A stretch of 64,000 nucleotides of DNA from an uncultured delta proteobacterium (GCA_963736855.1 CAVTQK010000015.1:224001-288000), one strand, 5' to 3'; shown: positions 51,486-63,352, numbered from the stretch's first letter. A program made the numbers and translations. Notes: generated by a model not told the origin, from the letters alone.

Positions 51486-52751
51486 ATGAAACCGGTTTGG
51501 ACCAATGAATCATTGCAGGAAAGAAGAGCGCAAGTCATCTCCATGGGGGTGGCCAGTGTTACCCCGATATATGTGGAATCCGCGCAAGGTGCCATTGTGC
51601 GCGACGTGGAGGGAAAGGAATACATCGACTTCGGCGGGGGTATCGGTGTGATGAACATCGGTCACAGTCATCCCAAAGTGGTGGCGGCTATCAGGGACCA
51701 GGCCGGGAAGTTTACCCATACCTGTTTCATGGTCAGTCCTTATGAACTTGCCGTCAATCTGGCCGAAAAACTATGTCGCATAACCCCTGGGAGCTTTCCG
51801 AAGAAGGCCATTTTCCTCAACAGCGGTGCGGAAGCCGTGGAAAATGCGGTCAAAATCGCCCGCTACTATACCAAACGACCCGCCGTTATCGTATTTGAAA
51901 ATGCCTATCACGGCCGCACGCTTCTTACCATGACCATGACGAGCAAGGTTAAACCCTATAAATTCGGCTTCGGACCTTTTGCACCGGAAATCTATCGCAT
52001 GCCTTTCGGCGATATCGTCGGGCCGGAAAAACTCAGAGACTTTTTCCTGAAGCACGTGAATCCCGAGGCGGTGGCTTGTGTTGTGGCTGAGCCGGTCCAG
52101 GGCGAAGGCGGATTCATTGCCCCGCCGTCGGACTACTTTCAGGAGTTGACCCAAATATGCCGCGAAAACGGCATTCTATTTGTGGCCGATGAAATTCAAA
52201 GCGGTATGGGCCGAACAGGCACTATGTTCGCTATCGAGCGCTGGGGGGTCGAACCCGATCTGGTCACTGTGGCAAAAAGCCTGGCTGCCGGCATGCCCAT
52301 CGCATCTGTAGTGGGCCGGCAGGAGATCATGGATTCGGTTCATCCCTGGGGCCTTGGAGGGACATACGGCGGGAACCCCCTGGCCTGTGCTGCGGCGCTG
52401 GCCGTGCTTGAGGTCTTCGAGGAAGAAGATATGCTCGGCAAGGCCAAAGCGCTCGGTCAAAAGCTGGGCGAAGCTTTCAATAACTTCAAGAGAAAATACA
52501 ACGTCGTCGGATCGATCCGGGGTTTGGGCGCCATGCTGGGGCTTGAACTCGTGAGAGGCGAGAAACGCGGACCGGCCGCGGAAGAAGCCAAAAAGCTCGC
52601 GGCCTTTTGCCTGGAGCGGGGCCTCATCATCCTGGTCTGCGGTACTTACAGCAATGTGATTCGCGTGTTGGTACCCTTCGTGATTACAGGTCCGCAGTTG
52701 GAAAAAGGACTGTCGATCCTGGAGCAGGGTTTGGCGGAGATTTCCAAATGA
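51486..52751 (+). CDS. gabT: 4-aminobutyrate/omega-amino acid aminotransferase
   Basis: NSGAEAVENAVK, HGRT, EPVQGEGGF, DEIQSG.GRTG, AKS. Confidence 0.85.
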   Translation: MKPVWTNESLQERRAQVISMGVASVTPIYVESAQGAIVRDVEGKEYIDFGGGIGVMNIGHSHPKVVAAIRDQAGKFTHTCFMVSPYELAVNLAEKLCRITPGSFPKKAIFLNSGAEAVENAVKIARYYTKRPAVIVFENAYHGRTLLTMTMTSKVKPYKFGFGPFAPEIYRMPFGDIVGPEKLRDFFLKHVNPEAVACVVAEPVQGEGGFIAPPSDYFQELTQICRENGILFVADEIQSGMGRTGTMFAIERWGVEPDLVTVAKSLAAGMPIASVVGRQEIMDSVHPWGLGGTYGGNPLACAAALAVLEVFEEEDMLGKAKALGQKLGEAFNNFKRKYNVVGSIRGLGAMLGLELVRGEKRGPAAEEAKKLAAFCLERGLIILVCGTYSNVIRVLVPFVITGPQLEKGLSILEQGLAEISK

Positions 52752-54507
52752 ACGGCTTCTATGGCCGCTATTTGCGCATCGATTTAACATCCAAAGCTTT
52801 TACGATCGAGCCGATCGACTCGACTCTCCTTACCTGGTATTTCGGCGGCAAGGGACTGGCCGCTCATCTCCTCTTCGAGCTGAATCCGCCCGGTATCGAT
52901 CCGATGGCGCCGGAAAACACGCTCATCTTTGCCACCGGGCCTCTGGGCAACAGCATGATTTGGGGCTCCTGCCGTTACGGCGTCTACACCAAGTCCCCTC
53001 TGACCGGCCTTTTTTCAGAATCTTACGCCGGCGGTAAAACCCCGGATGCCATCGATACTGCGGGTTTTGACGCCGTCGTCATTCAGGGTAAAGCGACGGA
53101 GCCCATCGTGCTGGTCGTTCACCCCGACGGCGCCGAGTTTCATCCGGCCGGTGATATCTGGGGAATGGAGACCTATGCCGCTGAAGACGCGGTGAAGGAG
53201 CGCTTCGCGCGTCCGGAATACCGTAGGAAAGGGGCCGTGGTCATCGGTCCGGCCGCCGAGAATCATGTCCGCTTTGCCGTGGTGGAAAACGATTACTGGC
53301 GTTCCGCAGGACGGACCGGCGTCGGTACGGTGATGGGATCGAAAAAGCTCAAGGGTATCCTCTTTACCGGCAACCGGAAGCGCGCTCAGTTCGACGAAAA
53401 CGGGATCAAAGCGTTCGCAAAGGACTTCATGAGTACCTTCAAGGACCACGCCGCCGCCCATGCCTATAAGAATCTTGGAACTCCGATGCTGGTTAAAACG
53501 ACGAATGCGGCCGGTGCCTTCCCCACCCGGTACTGGCAGCGGGGAACCTATGAGAATTGGGAGAAAATCAGCGCCGACGCTCTCGTTTCACGATGTAGCG
53601 TCAAGCCCAACGCCTGTGCCAAGTGTTTCATGGCGTGCGGCCGGCTCAGCACTGTGAAGGAAGGCCGACACACCGGCCTCACCATCGAAGGACCGGAGTA
53701 CGAGACTATTTACGCCTTCGGCGGATTGTGCATGATCGACAGCATAGAGGAAATTGCCTGGCTTAACGATATCTGTGACCGGCTGGGAATGGACACCATC
53801 ACGGCAGGCAATCTCTGCGCTTTTACAATCGAGGCGGCCGAACGGGGGCGGGTTGACTATCCGATCGACTATGGCGACGTGGATGCCATCGCGCGACTGC
53901 TTCACATGATTGCACGCCGGGAAGGGATCGGCGACGTTCTTGCTGACGGTATCCGACATGCCGCCCGCACATGGAACCTTGAGGATATCGCCGTGCATGT
54001 GAAAGGAATGGAGCCGCCGGGCTACGATCCCCGAGTGCTCAAAGGCATGGGGTTGGCGTACGGCACCTCTGACCGGGGGGCCTGCCATCTTCGGGCTACC
54101 TTTTACAAGCCGGAACTGTCCGGCATGATTCCTCCGGAACAGATCGAAGGCAAGGCAGAGCTTTTCCTGGAGTTCGAGAGCCGGTTGACTCTTTTCGACA
54201 TGTTGGTGCTCTGCCGTTTTTACAGAGATTTTTATTCCTGGGAAAAACTATTGGCCGTGATCCGACTGGTGACCGGACTGGAAATCGATGAAAAATCCCT
54301 CAGGGAACGGGCGTCGGCCGTTGCAACCCTGATTCGAAAGTTTAATCTCCGGGAGGGGATGCAGCCGGCGGACGACCGCTTGCCGCATTTCTGCACCGGC
54401 CGCTTCAGGACACGGGGAAAGTCATCACTGAGGCGGAAATGGAAACGCTTCTTAAAGATTACTATCGCCTGCATGGGTGGGATGAGGAAGGAATCCCCCT
54501 TCAATAG
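52748..54507 (+). CDS. aor: Aldehyde:ferredoxin oxidoreductase (W-AOR); frameshift at ~54386
   Basis: KSPLTG, GR.G.G.VMGSK, C..C...C, GPEYE, RGACH; canonical YY..HGWD..G.P end lies in another frame. Confidence 0.85.
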
Positions 54508-54608
54508 GGGCTAACTTATCCAATATACCGTTTTTATTCGACAACAAGGTTCATTCTCTTTCCTCCCTTTTTCTTTCCAGCTTTTTCTTTCGGCGGTCAT
54601 TTAAAATT

Positions 54609-54623
54609 TGGCACAAGGATTGC
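54609..54623 (+). promoter_or_regulatory. Sigma-54 promoter
   Basis: TGGCAC-AAGGA-TTGC. Confidence 0.7.
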
Positions 54624-54679
54624 ATATCTCTTGGGTCAGGGGCTGTTTTATAAAATGAAAAACCTTGGAGAAAAATGAG

Positions 54680-55021
54680 ATGAAATCCATCCTTGTTTGC
54701 CGATCCTTTTTATTGACGCTTACCGGCTTGTTGGCATGCCCGCCGTTCATCCCGACCGCAGCCGCACAGAGGAGCTACGGCGGATGGGGTATGGGCTCCG
54801 GCATGATGATCGGTTGGAGCGGAGGCTGGCTGATGATAGCCTTCTGGGTCCTGATCCTGCTGGGGCTTGTTCTGTTGATCAAATGGCTGGTCCAGATGAC
54901 CCGGGCCGATCGTGAAAGATTCTCCCGCCCCAGCGCCATGGAAATTTTGAAGGAACGTTACGCGCGCGGAGAAATCGATCAGCTGGAATTTGCGGCCAAA
55001 AAGAAAGATCTGCTGGATTGA
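54680..55021 (+). CDS. SHOCT domain membrane protein
   Basis: GM-rich segment, TM, AMEILKERYARGEID..EF. Confidence 0.8.
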   Translation: MKSILVCRSFLLTLTGLLACPPFIPTAAAQRSYGGWGMGSGMMIGWSGGWLMIAFWVLILLGLVLLIKWLVQMTRADRERFSRPSAMEILKERYARGEIDQLEFAAKKKDLLD

Positions 55022-55166
55022 CGGACGAAAATCATAAACCGGAAACCGCCACCTTGATCCATGACGTCTCCCGTGTTAAAAAGGCCCGGTAATCAATGAC
55101 AGAAAGGGTCGGCTTTTACTTTGACTGTAATCAGATCAACCAGACAGACCAGATTAGGACTTACAA

Positions 55167-55824
55167 ATGGCAAAGACAAAGACCGACCCGACACACGCAT
55201 GGATATGTTCAAAAAGGGACGCTTTATATTGTTGCTGCGGTTTGCATGGCGTTAGGCTTTTTCGGCGGGATTGTTTTCAGCGCCTTGAAATCGGTCCCGA
55301 ATCCACCGATGCCGGGCATGGGAGCGTCTCAGCAAACCGAGGCCCCGCCTGCGGCCTCCTCCGAGCAGATGATGAGGGTCCGGGCGCTGGAGGAAGAAAC
55401 CAAGAAAGCCTCTGAAAAGTCAGAGACCTGGGCGGAGCTGGGCAACGCCTACTTTGACACCGGGCAGTCTGAGAAAGCCATCCAGGCCTATGAAAAATCC
55501 CTGTCCCTGAAACCCGACAACGCCGACGTCATGACCGATATGGGGGTCATGTATCGTCGGATGGGGCAACCTAAAAAGGCCATCGACGCCTTCGAAAGAG
55601 CCATGGCCGCGGATCCCCGCCACGAGATATCCCGCTACAACAAAGGGATTGTTTTGCTTCACGATCTCAGCGATATGGAAGGCGCCATCTCGGCATGGGA
55701 AGACCTCGTTCGGATCAATCCCGCCTATAAGACATCTACCGGTCAGACCATTAAACAGATGGTGGAGGCCTTCAAAAGCCGGAAAAATATGGGAGCAGGC
55801 AAGGAACCAAATCCGAAATCGTAA
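55167..55824 (+). CDS. TPR protein with N-terminal TM (probable frameshift at ~55195)
   Basis: W..LGN.YFD, TDMGVMYRR.G; RBS-preceded ATG at 55167 is out of frame with the main ORF. Confidence 0.7.
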
Positions 55825-55858
55825 ACGGGAACAGTCTGAATGAGACAGGGTAAGAGGG

Positions 55859-56701
55859 TTAATGCCTTTCTCTGCCGCTCAAATAGACAAAGAGCAGGAC
55901 TCCTGCCGCGATCATTCCCAGACACAATATCTGCCCCATGGATAGAAACAGCCAGATGAATCCGAGATGAGAGTCAGGCTCCCGGAAAAACTCGATAAAA
56001 AACCGCACCGCTCCGTACCCCGTAAAATAAAAGGCCAGCATAGCACCTGAAGGCGCTTTGATTCCCTTGAGCCGCCAGAGCACCAGAAATAAAAAGATCC
56101 CCTCGAACACGGCCTCATAGAGCTGAGAGGGGTGCCGAAATTCGGGTCCCGGGGCTGTAGGAAATAACATGCCGATGGGATGTGAGGTCACCCTTCCGTA
56201 AAGCTCTCCGTTGATGAAGTTACCCAGGCGGCCGAATGTGTATCCCAAGGGCATGGCCGGAGCGAAAAGATCGGTTGCCTCAAAGAAGGAACCCCCCCTT
56301 TTTTTCAGGTAAAGAGCACCCGCCGTCAACACCCCGATGAGCCCTCCGTGATAGGACATGCCGGAAAACCCGGTGAAGGTCACGCCGTTTTCAAATCGAA
56401 AGGGGAGAAAGATTTCCAGTGGGTGGTCCATGTAATAGGAAAAACCGTAGAAAAGAACATACCCGAGCCGAGCCCCGATCAGAAGCCCCAGGATCGCGGC
56501 GATCAAAAGATCGTTGACCTGGTCCAGGGTAATGGAAAACCGTTTTTCATGCCGGATGCGATAGGAGACCAGCCAGTAGGTCATACCGAAGGCAATCAGA
56601 TACATCAGGCCGTAGTAATGCAGGCGGAAGGGTCCGATGGCAATCATGACCGGATCGATGTGTTGAGGAAGGTTTTGCCACCAATCGATGAAGTTTCCCA
56701 T
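55859..56701 (-). CDS. lgt: Prolipoprotein diacylglyceryl transferase
   Basis: YGLMY, GMSYHGG, GRLGNFINGELYGR, HPSQLYE. Confidence 0.96.
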   Translation of the reverse strand: MGNFIDWWQNLPQHIDPVMIAIGPFRLHYYGLMYLIAFGMTYWLVSYRIRHEKRFSITLDQVNDLLIAAILGLLIGARLGYVLFYGFSYYMDHPLEIFLPFRFENGVTFTGFSGMSYHGGLIGVLTAGALYLKKRGGSFFEATDLFAPAMPLGYTFGRLGNFINGELYGRVTSHPIGMLFPTAPGPEFRHPSQLYEAVFEGIFLFLVLWRLKGIKAPSGAMLAFYFTGYGAVRFFIEFFREPDSHLGFIWLFLSMGQILCLGMIAAGVLLFVYLSGRERH

Positions 56702-56746
56702 AGTAGGTATTATCCGCTAACCTGGATTTTTCATCAATAATTCGGT

Positions 56747-59191
56747 CTAATGGATTTTCTTTCGATAGAGCCGAAGGCTGTTGCCGACCACCGAGATGCT
56801 GCTCATGGCCATGGCCAGTGCCGCCAGGATAGGGTGCAATTGTCGTAAAAATCCGGGAAATCCCTCGAAAGGCCACAGTACGCCGGCGGCGACGGGGATC
56901 AGGACGATGTTGTAAAAAAACGCGAAAAAGAGGTTTTGTTTCACGGTTTTCATGGTGATTCGGCTCAGCGCGATGGATCTGGGGATCCCAAGCAGGCTGC
57001 CGCTTGCCAGGATCACGTCACCGGTCTCTATGGCCACGTCGGTGCCGGTGCCGATGGCAAACCCCACATCGGCCTGGGCCAGGGCCGGCGCGTCATTGAT
57101 GCCGTCTCCCACCATCCCCACTTGTTCCCCCCTGTCCTGAAGCGCTGCGATTCGCCGGGACTTTTCCTCGGGCAAAACCTCTGCGACGACCGTTCTGATG
57201 CCCGCCTGGGCGGCTATGGCAGCGGCGGTCTGGCGGTTATCGCCGGTGAGCATCACCACCTCCAGGTTCTGGCCTGAAAGGATTTTCACCGCCTCCTTCG
57301 AATCCGGCTTGAGAGCATCGGAAACCGCAATGACACCGACGGCCTGTTGGTTTAGCCCCAGCACCATGACCGTTTTTCCATCGGATTGCAATGCCGCAAT
57401 GACTTCTTTGGCCGGATCCACAGAGATGTTCAGCTCCGAAAACCAGTTCGGTTTTCCCAAATGGACCGATTTGCCGTCGATGTTTCCCTGAACCCCGGCG
57501 CCGCGATGGGCTCTAAACTCCCCGGGATCAGAAAAAGGGATTTTTTGAGCTTGAGCCTTTTTCACAACAGCTTTTCCGATGGGGTGCTCGGACCCTTTTT
57601 CCACCGATGCCGCGATGCGCAGGATCTCATCTGAGGAGATCCTGGAATCGAGTGAGATAATGTCCGAAACAGTGGGTTTTCCCTGAGTGAGGGTCCCGGT
57701 CTTGTCCAGCACCACGGTGGTCAGCGTGGAGGCGGTCTCCAGGGCAGTGCTGTTTTTAAACAGGATCCCTTTTTCAGCCCCTTTCCCGGTTCCCGCCATG
57801 ATGGCTGTAGGTGTTGCCAGGCCCAGGGCGCAGGGGCAGGCGATGACCAGAACCGCTACCAGTCGGATCATGGAAAAGACAAAATCTCCGGTGGTGAGCC
57901 ACCAGATGATAAAGACAACCAGGGCGATCCCGATCACACCCGGAACGAAGACGGCCGCCACCCGATCCGCCAAGGCCTGAATGGGCGCCTTGCTCCCCTG
58001 GGCTTGTTGCACCAGGCGGATGATCTGGGCCAGTGCGGTTTCTTTCCCCACCCGGGTGGCGACGAATTTGAGAAGCCCTTCGCTGTTGATGGTCCCACCG
58101 GTCACCGGATCCCCCGGTTTCTTATCCACGGGGAGCGGCTCACCGGTCAACATGGATTCGTCCACCGCCGATTTTCCTTCTGTGATCGCACCATCCACCG
58201 GAATACGCTCGCCGGGTCGCACTACCACGGTATCTCCGATTTGGACTTGGGAGAGGGGAATCTCTTTTTCCATTTGATCACGGATGACGAAGGCGGTCTT
58301 GGGACGCAGACCCATGAGTTTGCGGATGGCACCCCCGGTCTTCCCTTTAGTGCGGGATTCCAGCATTTTGCCCAGCTTGATGAGGGTGATGATGAGCGCT
58401 GAAGTTTCGAAATACACGTGATGCCCCAGCACCGGCAAAAATAAAACCCCTAGAGAGTAAAAATAGGCCGTTGAAGATCCCATCGCCACCAGGACATCCA
58501 TGTTGGCGCTTCTGTTCCTGAGGCTCTTGATCCCGCCCACATAGTAATCCCATCCCGTATAGAACTGCACCGGCGTGGCCAGGATGAAAAAGAGCCAGTT
58601 GACCCACGGCCGATGACTCCATTCCCCCAAGAACCCGAAGTCCCGGCCCATGCTCAGGATAAAGAGCGGAATGGACAGGGCAAGCCCTACCGCGAATTTC
58701 CGGGTTTGATCCCGGATTTCAGCCCGGCGCGCCGCGGTCTCGGCGTCCTCCTCGCCGGAAGAAGCCTCGGGGAGGATGATCTGGTACCCCGCACGCTCTA
58801 CAGCGGAAGCCAGTTCGGCAAGCTCCAGGGTTCCGGGCACGTATTCCACCGACAGGTGCTCGGTGGCAAAATTTACCGATGCCCCCACCAAGGAAGGGAA
58901 TGCCTTTTTTACCACCCTCTCGATGTTGGCGGCGCAGTTGGCGCAGGTCATCCCGATCACGGGAAACTCCGCCTTGACGGTCGGGACTCCGTATCCGGCA
59001 TCGGCGATACGCTTCAGCACATCCTTGACGCCAAGGGCAGAATCATCAAAGGAGACCGTTGCTTCTTCCGAAGCAAAGTTAACGGCGCTTTTGGTGACCC
59101 CTTCGAGCCGCCGCAACGTCCGTTCGATGTTGGCGGCGCAGTTGGCGCAGGTCATCCCGGTCACGGGCAATCTGAGCGTTTGCTCGGACAT
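56747..59191 (-). CDS. copA: Cu(I)-exporting P1B ATPase
   Basis: 2x GMTCANC, TGE, CPC, DKTGT, HP, GDGIND, YN, MAMSS. Confidence 0.95.
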   Translation of the reverse strand: MSEQTLRLPVTGMTCANCAANIERTLRRLEGVTKSAVNFASEEATVSFDDSALGVKDVLKRIADAGYGVPTVKAEFPVIGMTCANCAANIERVVKKAFPSLVGASVNFATEHLSVEYVPGTLELAELASAVERAGYQIILPEASSGEEDAETAARRAEIRDQTRKFAVGLALSIPLFILSMGRDFGFLGEWSHRPWVNWLFFILATPVQFYTGWDYYVGGIKSLRNRSANMDVLVAMGSSTAYFYSLGVLFLPVLGHHVYFETSALIITLIKLGKMLESRTKGKTGGAIRKLMGLRPKTAFVIRDQMEKEIPLSQVQIGDTVVVRPGERIPVDGAITEGKSAVDESMLTGEPLPVDKKPGDPVTGGTINSEGLLKFVATRVGKETALAQIIRLVQQAQGSKAPIQALADRVAAVFVPGVIGIALVVFIIWWLTTGDFVFSMIRLVAVLVIACPCALGLATPTAIMAGTGKGAEKGILFKNSTALETASTLTTVVLDKTGTLTQGKPTVSDIISLDSRISSDEILRIAASVEKGSEHPIGKAVVKKAQAQKIPFSDPGEFRAHRGAGVQGNIDGKSVHLGKPNWFSELNISVDPAKEVIAALQSDGKTVMVLGLNQQAVGVIAVSDALKPDSKEAVKILSGQNLEVVMLTGDNRQTAAAIAAQAGIRTVVAEVLPEEKSRRIAALQDRGEQVGMVGDGINDAPALAQADVGFAIGTGTDVAIETGDVILASGSLLGIPRSIALSRITMKTVKQNLFFAFFYNIVLIPVAAGVLWPFEGFPGFLRQLHPILAALAMAMSSISVVGNSLRLYRKKIH

Positions 59192-59192
59192 T

Positions 59193-59399
59193 TTATTTAT
59201 CTGCCGGGTAGTTGATCCCTTTGAGGGCTTCCCGAATCTTTTCTAGGGTAGCGGGAGCGTCCCACTTTACGGTAATCTTTTTCTGGGCGGCATCCCCTTC
59301 CACCGATTTTACGCCGGCAAGCGCGGTCAACTCGTTTTTGATGGACATTACACAGTGCCCGCAGGAGATGTTCGGTATTGAAAAGGTTTTTTGTTCCAT
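59193..59399 (-). CDS. copZ: Copper chaperone
   Basis: SCGHC HMA motif. Confidence 0.88.
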   Translation of the reverse strand: MEQKTFSIPNISCGHCVMSIKNELTALAGVKSVEGDAAQKKITVKWDAPATLEKIREALKGINYPADK

Positions 59400-59678
59400 G
59401 ACGGTATCCTCCTTCTTATGTTAATAAAATCTACCGGCTTGATAACCGGACGGTTCAATGTAAGCACACAATCGGGGGGTGGCAAACAGAAAAGATGCAT
59501 GGATACTTCCGATACACCTGAGAACGCTATCTTTCAGGATGCGGGTAATTTATCCACACCCGCAGTTGAGCGTGGATCGAGAGCAGTGACGTTATCCTTT
59601 TTCAGATTCAATGCCATCAAGATAAATTGTTCATAAAGAACAGATAGTTGAAATATTTCAGGTCATTTGAGATCATTA

Positions 59679-59693
59679 TGGCACACCCTTTGC
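59679..59693 (+). promoter_or_regulatory. Sigma-54 promoter of zraP-like gene
   Basis: TGGCAC-ACCCT-TTGC. Confidence 0.72.
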
Positions 59694-59755
59694 TATTATA
59701 ATGATTCACAAGAGATAAATCCTTAATGGATAAAACCTTGAAAAGGAGGAAAAAA

Positions 59756-60280
59756 ATGAAGCGAAATTATTTGAAGGTGACGGTTGTGGTTGCATCGGTG
59801 ATATTGTTGGCCGGTATCGGGACGGCGGCTTTTGCCGACTGGGGCATGGGTTACGGTCGCCACCCCATGGGATATGGTCCGGGCTGGTCGAAAGAGGGGC
59901 CTGGCGACGGTCCGGGTCCCGGGGGGCATCATCGCGGTTTCGGATGCGGTTATAACCGGCAGGATATGAGCGCAGAAGAAGTGAAAAAGATAGAAGAGGA
60001 GCGCAACGCCTTTTTCGATGCAACCCGGGATTTGCGAAGAAATATGCGTCAAAAAAGCCTGGAACTGGAAAGCGAGCTGGCCAAAGCTGAACCCGATGGT
60101 GCAAAAGCCGCATCCATCCAGAAAGAGATTTCCGATTTACGCACTCAATTCGACCAGAAACGGATCGAGCACAGGATTAAAATGGGAAAGCTGTTGCCGG
60201 ATGGCGGGTTTTGCCGGGGTTCGGGGCCTTTCGGAAAGATGGGGCACCGGGGAGGGGGCCCGGGAGCCTGCTGGTATTAA
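59756..60280 (+). CDS. zraP: ZraP/Spy-like periplasmic metal-binding protein
   Basis: Signal peptide, G/H-rich ends, helical core LR..K..EL...PD...KEI..LR. Confidence 0.75.
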   Translation: MKRNYLKVTVVVASVILLAGIGTAAFADWGMGYGRHPMGYGPGWSKEGPGDGPGPGGHHRGFGCGYNRQDMSAEEVKKIEEERNAFFDATRDLRRNMRQKSLELESELAKAEPDGAKAASIQKEISDLRTQFDQKRIEHRIKMGKLLPDGGFCRGSGPFGKMGHRGGGPGACWY

Positions 60281-60306
60281 TCTGAAATCAACTTGACCCT
60301 GAATAC

Positions 60307-60343
60307 AAATCCCGCGTGAAAAGCTTCACGCGGGATTTTTTTT
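60307..60343. terminator. Intrinsic terminator between convergent genes
   Basis: AAATCCCGCGTGAA-AAGC-TTCACGCGGGATTT plus T-run. Confidence 0.85.
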
Positions 60344-60361
60344 ATCTTTCTAGAGATGGAT

Positions 60362-62296
60362 TCAGTCTTTTTTGTTGTCTTTGACTTCCTCAAAATCGGC
60401 ATCCACCACGTCGTCGTCGGCGCGCTGGGAACCGCCGCCTGCCTGGGTGCCGCCGCCCGTGCCGCCGGCCTGCTGTTGCTGACCGGCCTGGGACGCTTTC
60501 TGGTACATCGCTTCGGCCAGTTTATGAGAAGTCTGCATCAGTTCATCGCTGAGCCGGCGGATCTCCGCCACGTCTTCCCCTTCCATCGCTTTTTTAAGAC
60601 GGCCGATGCCGTCTTCCACCCGGGACTTGGTGGAAGCATCTACCTTGTCTCCCAGATCCTTGATGGATTTCTCCGTAGAGTAGATGAGACTGTCGGCATG
60701 ATTCCGCGCCTCCGCCACCTCTTTTTTCCGCTTGTCTTCGTCGGCGTGCATCTCGGCATCTTTGATAAGCCGATTAATCTCCTCTTTCGACAAGCCGGAT
60801 GAAGCGGTGATCTGGATGGACTGCTCTTTCCCCGTAGCCAGGTCTTTTGCCGAGACATGGACGATGCCGTTGGCATCGATATCAAAGGTTACCTCGACCT
60901 GTGGAATGCCTCTGGGAGCGGGCGGGATTCCCACCAGTTCGAATCGACCCAGCGTCTTATTCCCGCCAGCCATTTCCCGTTCCCCTTGGAGTACATGAAT
61001 GGATACGGCGGGCTGGTTGTCGGCCGCAGTGGAAAAGATCTGGCTTTTTCGGGTGGGGATAGTGGTGTTCTTTTCGATCAGCTTGGTCATCACCCCGCCG
61101 AGGGTCTCAATTCCCAGGGAAAGCGGTGTCACGTCCAGAAGCAGGACATCCTTGACGTCTCCTTTAAGGACACCGGCCTGAATAGCGGCGCCGACCGCTA
61201 CCACCTCGTCCGGATTCACCCCTTTGTTGGGCTCGAGGCCGTAGATTCGTTTGACGCGTTCCTGAACAGCCGGCATACGGGTCATGCCGCCGACCAGGAT
61301 TACCTCATTGAGTTCTTTCGCGCTCAAGCCCGCATCCTTGAGAGCGGTCCGGCAGGGACCTTCCAGCTTGTCCAGCAGATCGCTCACCAATGATTCGAGT
61401 TTGGCCCGGGTAATCTTGATGTTCAGGTGCTTGGGACCACTGGCATCGGCCGTGATGAAAGGCAGGTTGATGTCGGTCTCCATGGAGGAAGACAGCTCCA
61501 TCTTTGCCTTTTCGGCGGCCTCCTTCAGCCGTTGAAGCGCCATCTTGTCTTTGCGCAGGTCGATCCCCTGGTCTTTTCGAAACTCGTCGGCCAGATAATC
61601 GATAACTCTCAGGTCGAAGTCCTCACCGCCCAGGTGGGTATCTCCATTGGTGGATTTCACTTCGAAGACCCCTTCCCCGATTTCCAGGATGGATATGTCG
61701 AAGGTTCCCCCGCCCAGGTCAAACACGGCGATTTTTTCTTCTTTTTTCTTATCGAGTCCGTAGGCCAGGGATGCGGCCGTCGGTTCATTGATGATCCTAA
61801 GCACGTTGAGCCCTGCGATTTTTCCCGCGTCCTTGGTTGCCTGTCTCTGGCTGTCATCGAAGTATGCCGGAACTGTAATGACGGCATCGGTGATTTTTTC
61901 TCCCAAGTACTCCTCGGCACTTCGTTTCATATAGGCCAAAATGAAGGAAGAAACTTCGGCCGGACTGTACTGTTTTCCTTTGATACCGATGCGGAGGTCC
62001 CCATTTGGCGCCTGTTCGATCTTATAGGGGAGGATTTTGATATCCCGCTGGACCTCTGCCGATGCGTACTTGCGGCCGATGAGTCTTTTGACCGCGAAAA
62101 CCGTATTTTCCGGATTGGTAATGGCCTGACGCTTGGCAATTTGACCGACAATGCGCTCTCCACTTTCCGATACTGCGACGATGGAAGGGGTGGTTCGTCC
62201 CCCCTCCGGATTCGTAATGACCTTTGGTTCACCACCTTCCATAATAGCCACACAGGAATTGGTGGTACCCAGGTCGATGCCTATCACTTTGCCCAT
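60362..62296 (-). CDS. dnaK: Chaperone DnaK
   Basis: [26 protein letters not shown]. Confidence 0.98.
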   Translation of the reverse strand: MGKVIGIDLGTTNSCVAIMEGGEPKVITNPEGGRTTPSIVAVSESGERIVGQIAKRQAITNPENTVFAVKRLIGRKYASAEVQRDIKILPYKIEQAPNGDLRIGIKGKQYSPAEVSSFILAYMKRSAEEYLGEKITDAVITVPAYFDDSQRQATKDAGKIAGLNVLRIINEPTAASLAYGLDKKKEEKIAVFDLGGGTFDISILEIGEGVFEVKSTNGDTHLGGEDFDLRVIDYLADEFRKDQGIDLRKDKMALQRLKEAAEKAKMELSSSMETDINLPFITADASGPKHLNIKITRAKLESLVSDLLDKLEGPCRTALKDAGLSAKELNEVILVGGMTRMPAVQERVKRIYGLEPNKGVNPDEVVAVGAAIQAGVLKGDVKDVLLLDVTPLSLGIETLGGVMTKLIEKNTTIPTRKSQIFSTAADNQPAVSIHVLQGEREMAGGNKTLGRFELVGIPPAPRGIPQVEVTFDIDANGIVHVSAKDLATGKEQSIQITASSGLSKEEINRLIKDAEMHADEDKRKKEVAEARNHADSLIYSTEKSIKDLGDKVDASTKSRVEDGIGRLKKAMEGEDVAEIRRLSDELMQTSHKLAEAMYQKASQAGQQQQAGGTGGGTQAGGGSQRADDDVVDADFEEVKDNKKD

Positions 62297-62341
62297 ATGC
62301 CATCCTCCTTAGCAATTACTGAATATCGGTTTATCGAGTAT

Positions 62342-62968
62342 CTACAATCGTTCTTTTGTCTTTTTTTTGCCCGAATTCTTCGACTCCTTGGAAACAACTA
62401 CCATGGCCGGCCGCAGGAGCCTGTCATAGATTAGGTACCCTTTCTGGAGTTCCTTCACCACGGTATTGTCGGGGTGTTGGTCTGACGTTTCCTGCATGAC
62501 CGCCTGGTGATACGTCGGATCAAAAGGTTCCCTCAAGGCCGATATCGGCTTGACGGCGAAATTTTCGAACACCTTCAAAATTTCTGAAAGCGTAAGCTCG
62601 ACTCCCTTGATGATCGGATTGACGCCTCTTTCTTTTTCACCGAGGGCTTCGATGGCGCGTTCCAGATTATCCACGATGGGTAATAGGGCCCTGAAAAGCG
62701 ACTCATTGGCGAATTTTCGGTAGTCTTCATTGTCTCGGGCCATTCGTTTTTTATAATTTTCGAAATCCGCCTTGGCCCTCAGGAAGCGGTCATAATTTTC
62801 CCTGGCTTCTTTTTCAGCCTTGTCCAGCCGTTCCTGAACGCTCTTATCGGAATCCGCAATGTCCCCCGACACATCCGCTTGGACGCCTTTTGTTCCCGAT
62901 ATCTCTTTTTCCTTTGCCGGATCCTCGGGTCCTACAACCTTGTTTTCTTCAGGATTTGCGCTACTCAT
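62342..62968 (-). CDS. grpE: Nucleotide exchange factor GrpE
   Basis: ADFENYKKR, DNLERA, FDP..H.A, GY...RLLRPAMV. Confidence 0.95.
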   Translation of the reverse strand: MSSANPEENKVVGPEDPAKEKEISGTKGVQADVSGDIADSDKSVQERLDKAEKEARENYDRFLRAKADFENYKKRMARDNEDYRKFANESLFRALLPIVDNLERAIEALGEKERGVNPIIKGVELTLSEILKVFENFAVKPISALREPFDPTYHQAVMQETSDQHPDNTVVKELQKGYLIYDRLLRPAMVVVSKESKNSGKKKTKERL

Positions 62969-63099
62969 TAAATGGTCATAATCCTTTATACACAAAAAGC
63001 CGCTTTGGGTTACTTTGGCCCCAATCGATGCCAAAAAATAAGTCGGGTTGGTAACTTGTCAAGGTAAAAAAAGGAGGGGAGCTGGGAAGAAAGAAAAAT

Positions 63100-63352
63100 G
63101 GTTGTGCACCCTGCTTCGAGTTCTTTCCGGCAAAACAAGGATCTTGGGTTGGCCGGAGTCGATCCGCGACACAACCTGCATCATTTATCGCTGCTTCCTT
63201 CCGGACCTGACGAGGTTCATGACCGGCTGTTGCGCGGTGTCCGGCCGGGAGATCCCCGAATCGCCGGGGGTCGAACCCTCTGAAGGGGATTCAGCCCCGC
63301 ATAAAGCGGCTTTCGGGTTCAGGGCACCGCTAACTCCCCGCCTAGCACAACC
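63100..63352 (-). ncRNA. ffs: Large SRP RNA with Alu domain
   Basis: TCAGGTCCGGAAGGAAGCAGC helix 8; 5' GGTTGTGCTAGGCGGGGAG..GCGGTGCCCTG; 5'/3' ends pair. Confidence 0.92.

Noticed and set aside
52607..52747. N-terminal extension of the AOR ORF
   Set aside because: Overlaps gabT; the real start is probably the ATG at 52748
58920..59165. Direct repeat within copA
   Set aside because: Just the two tandem HMA domains
62300..62345. Possible CIRCE (TTAGCA...)
   Set aside because: No matching GAGTGCTAA arm at 9-nt spacing
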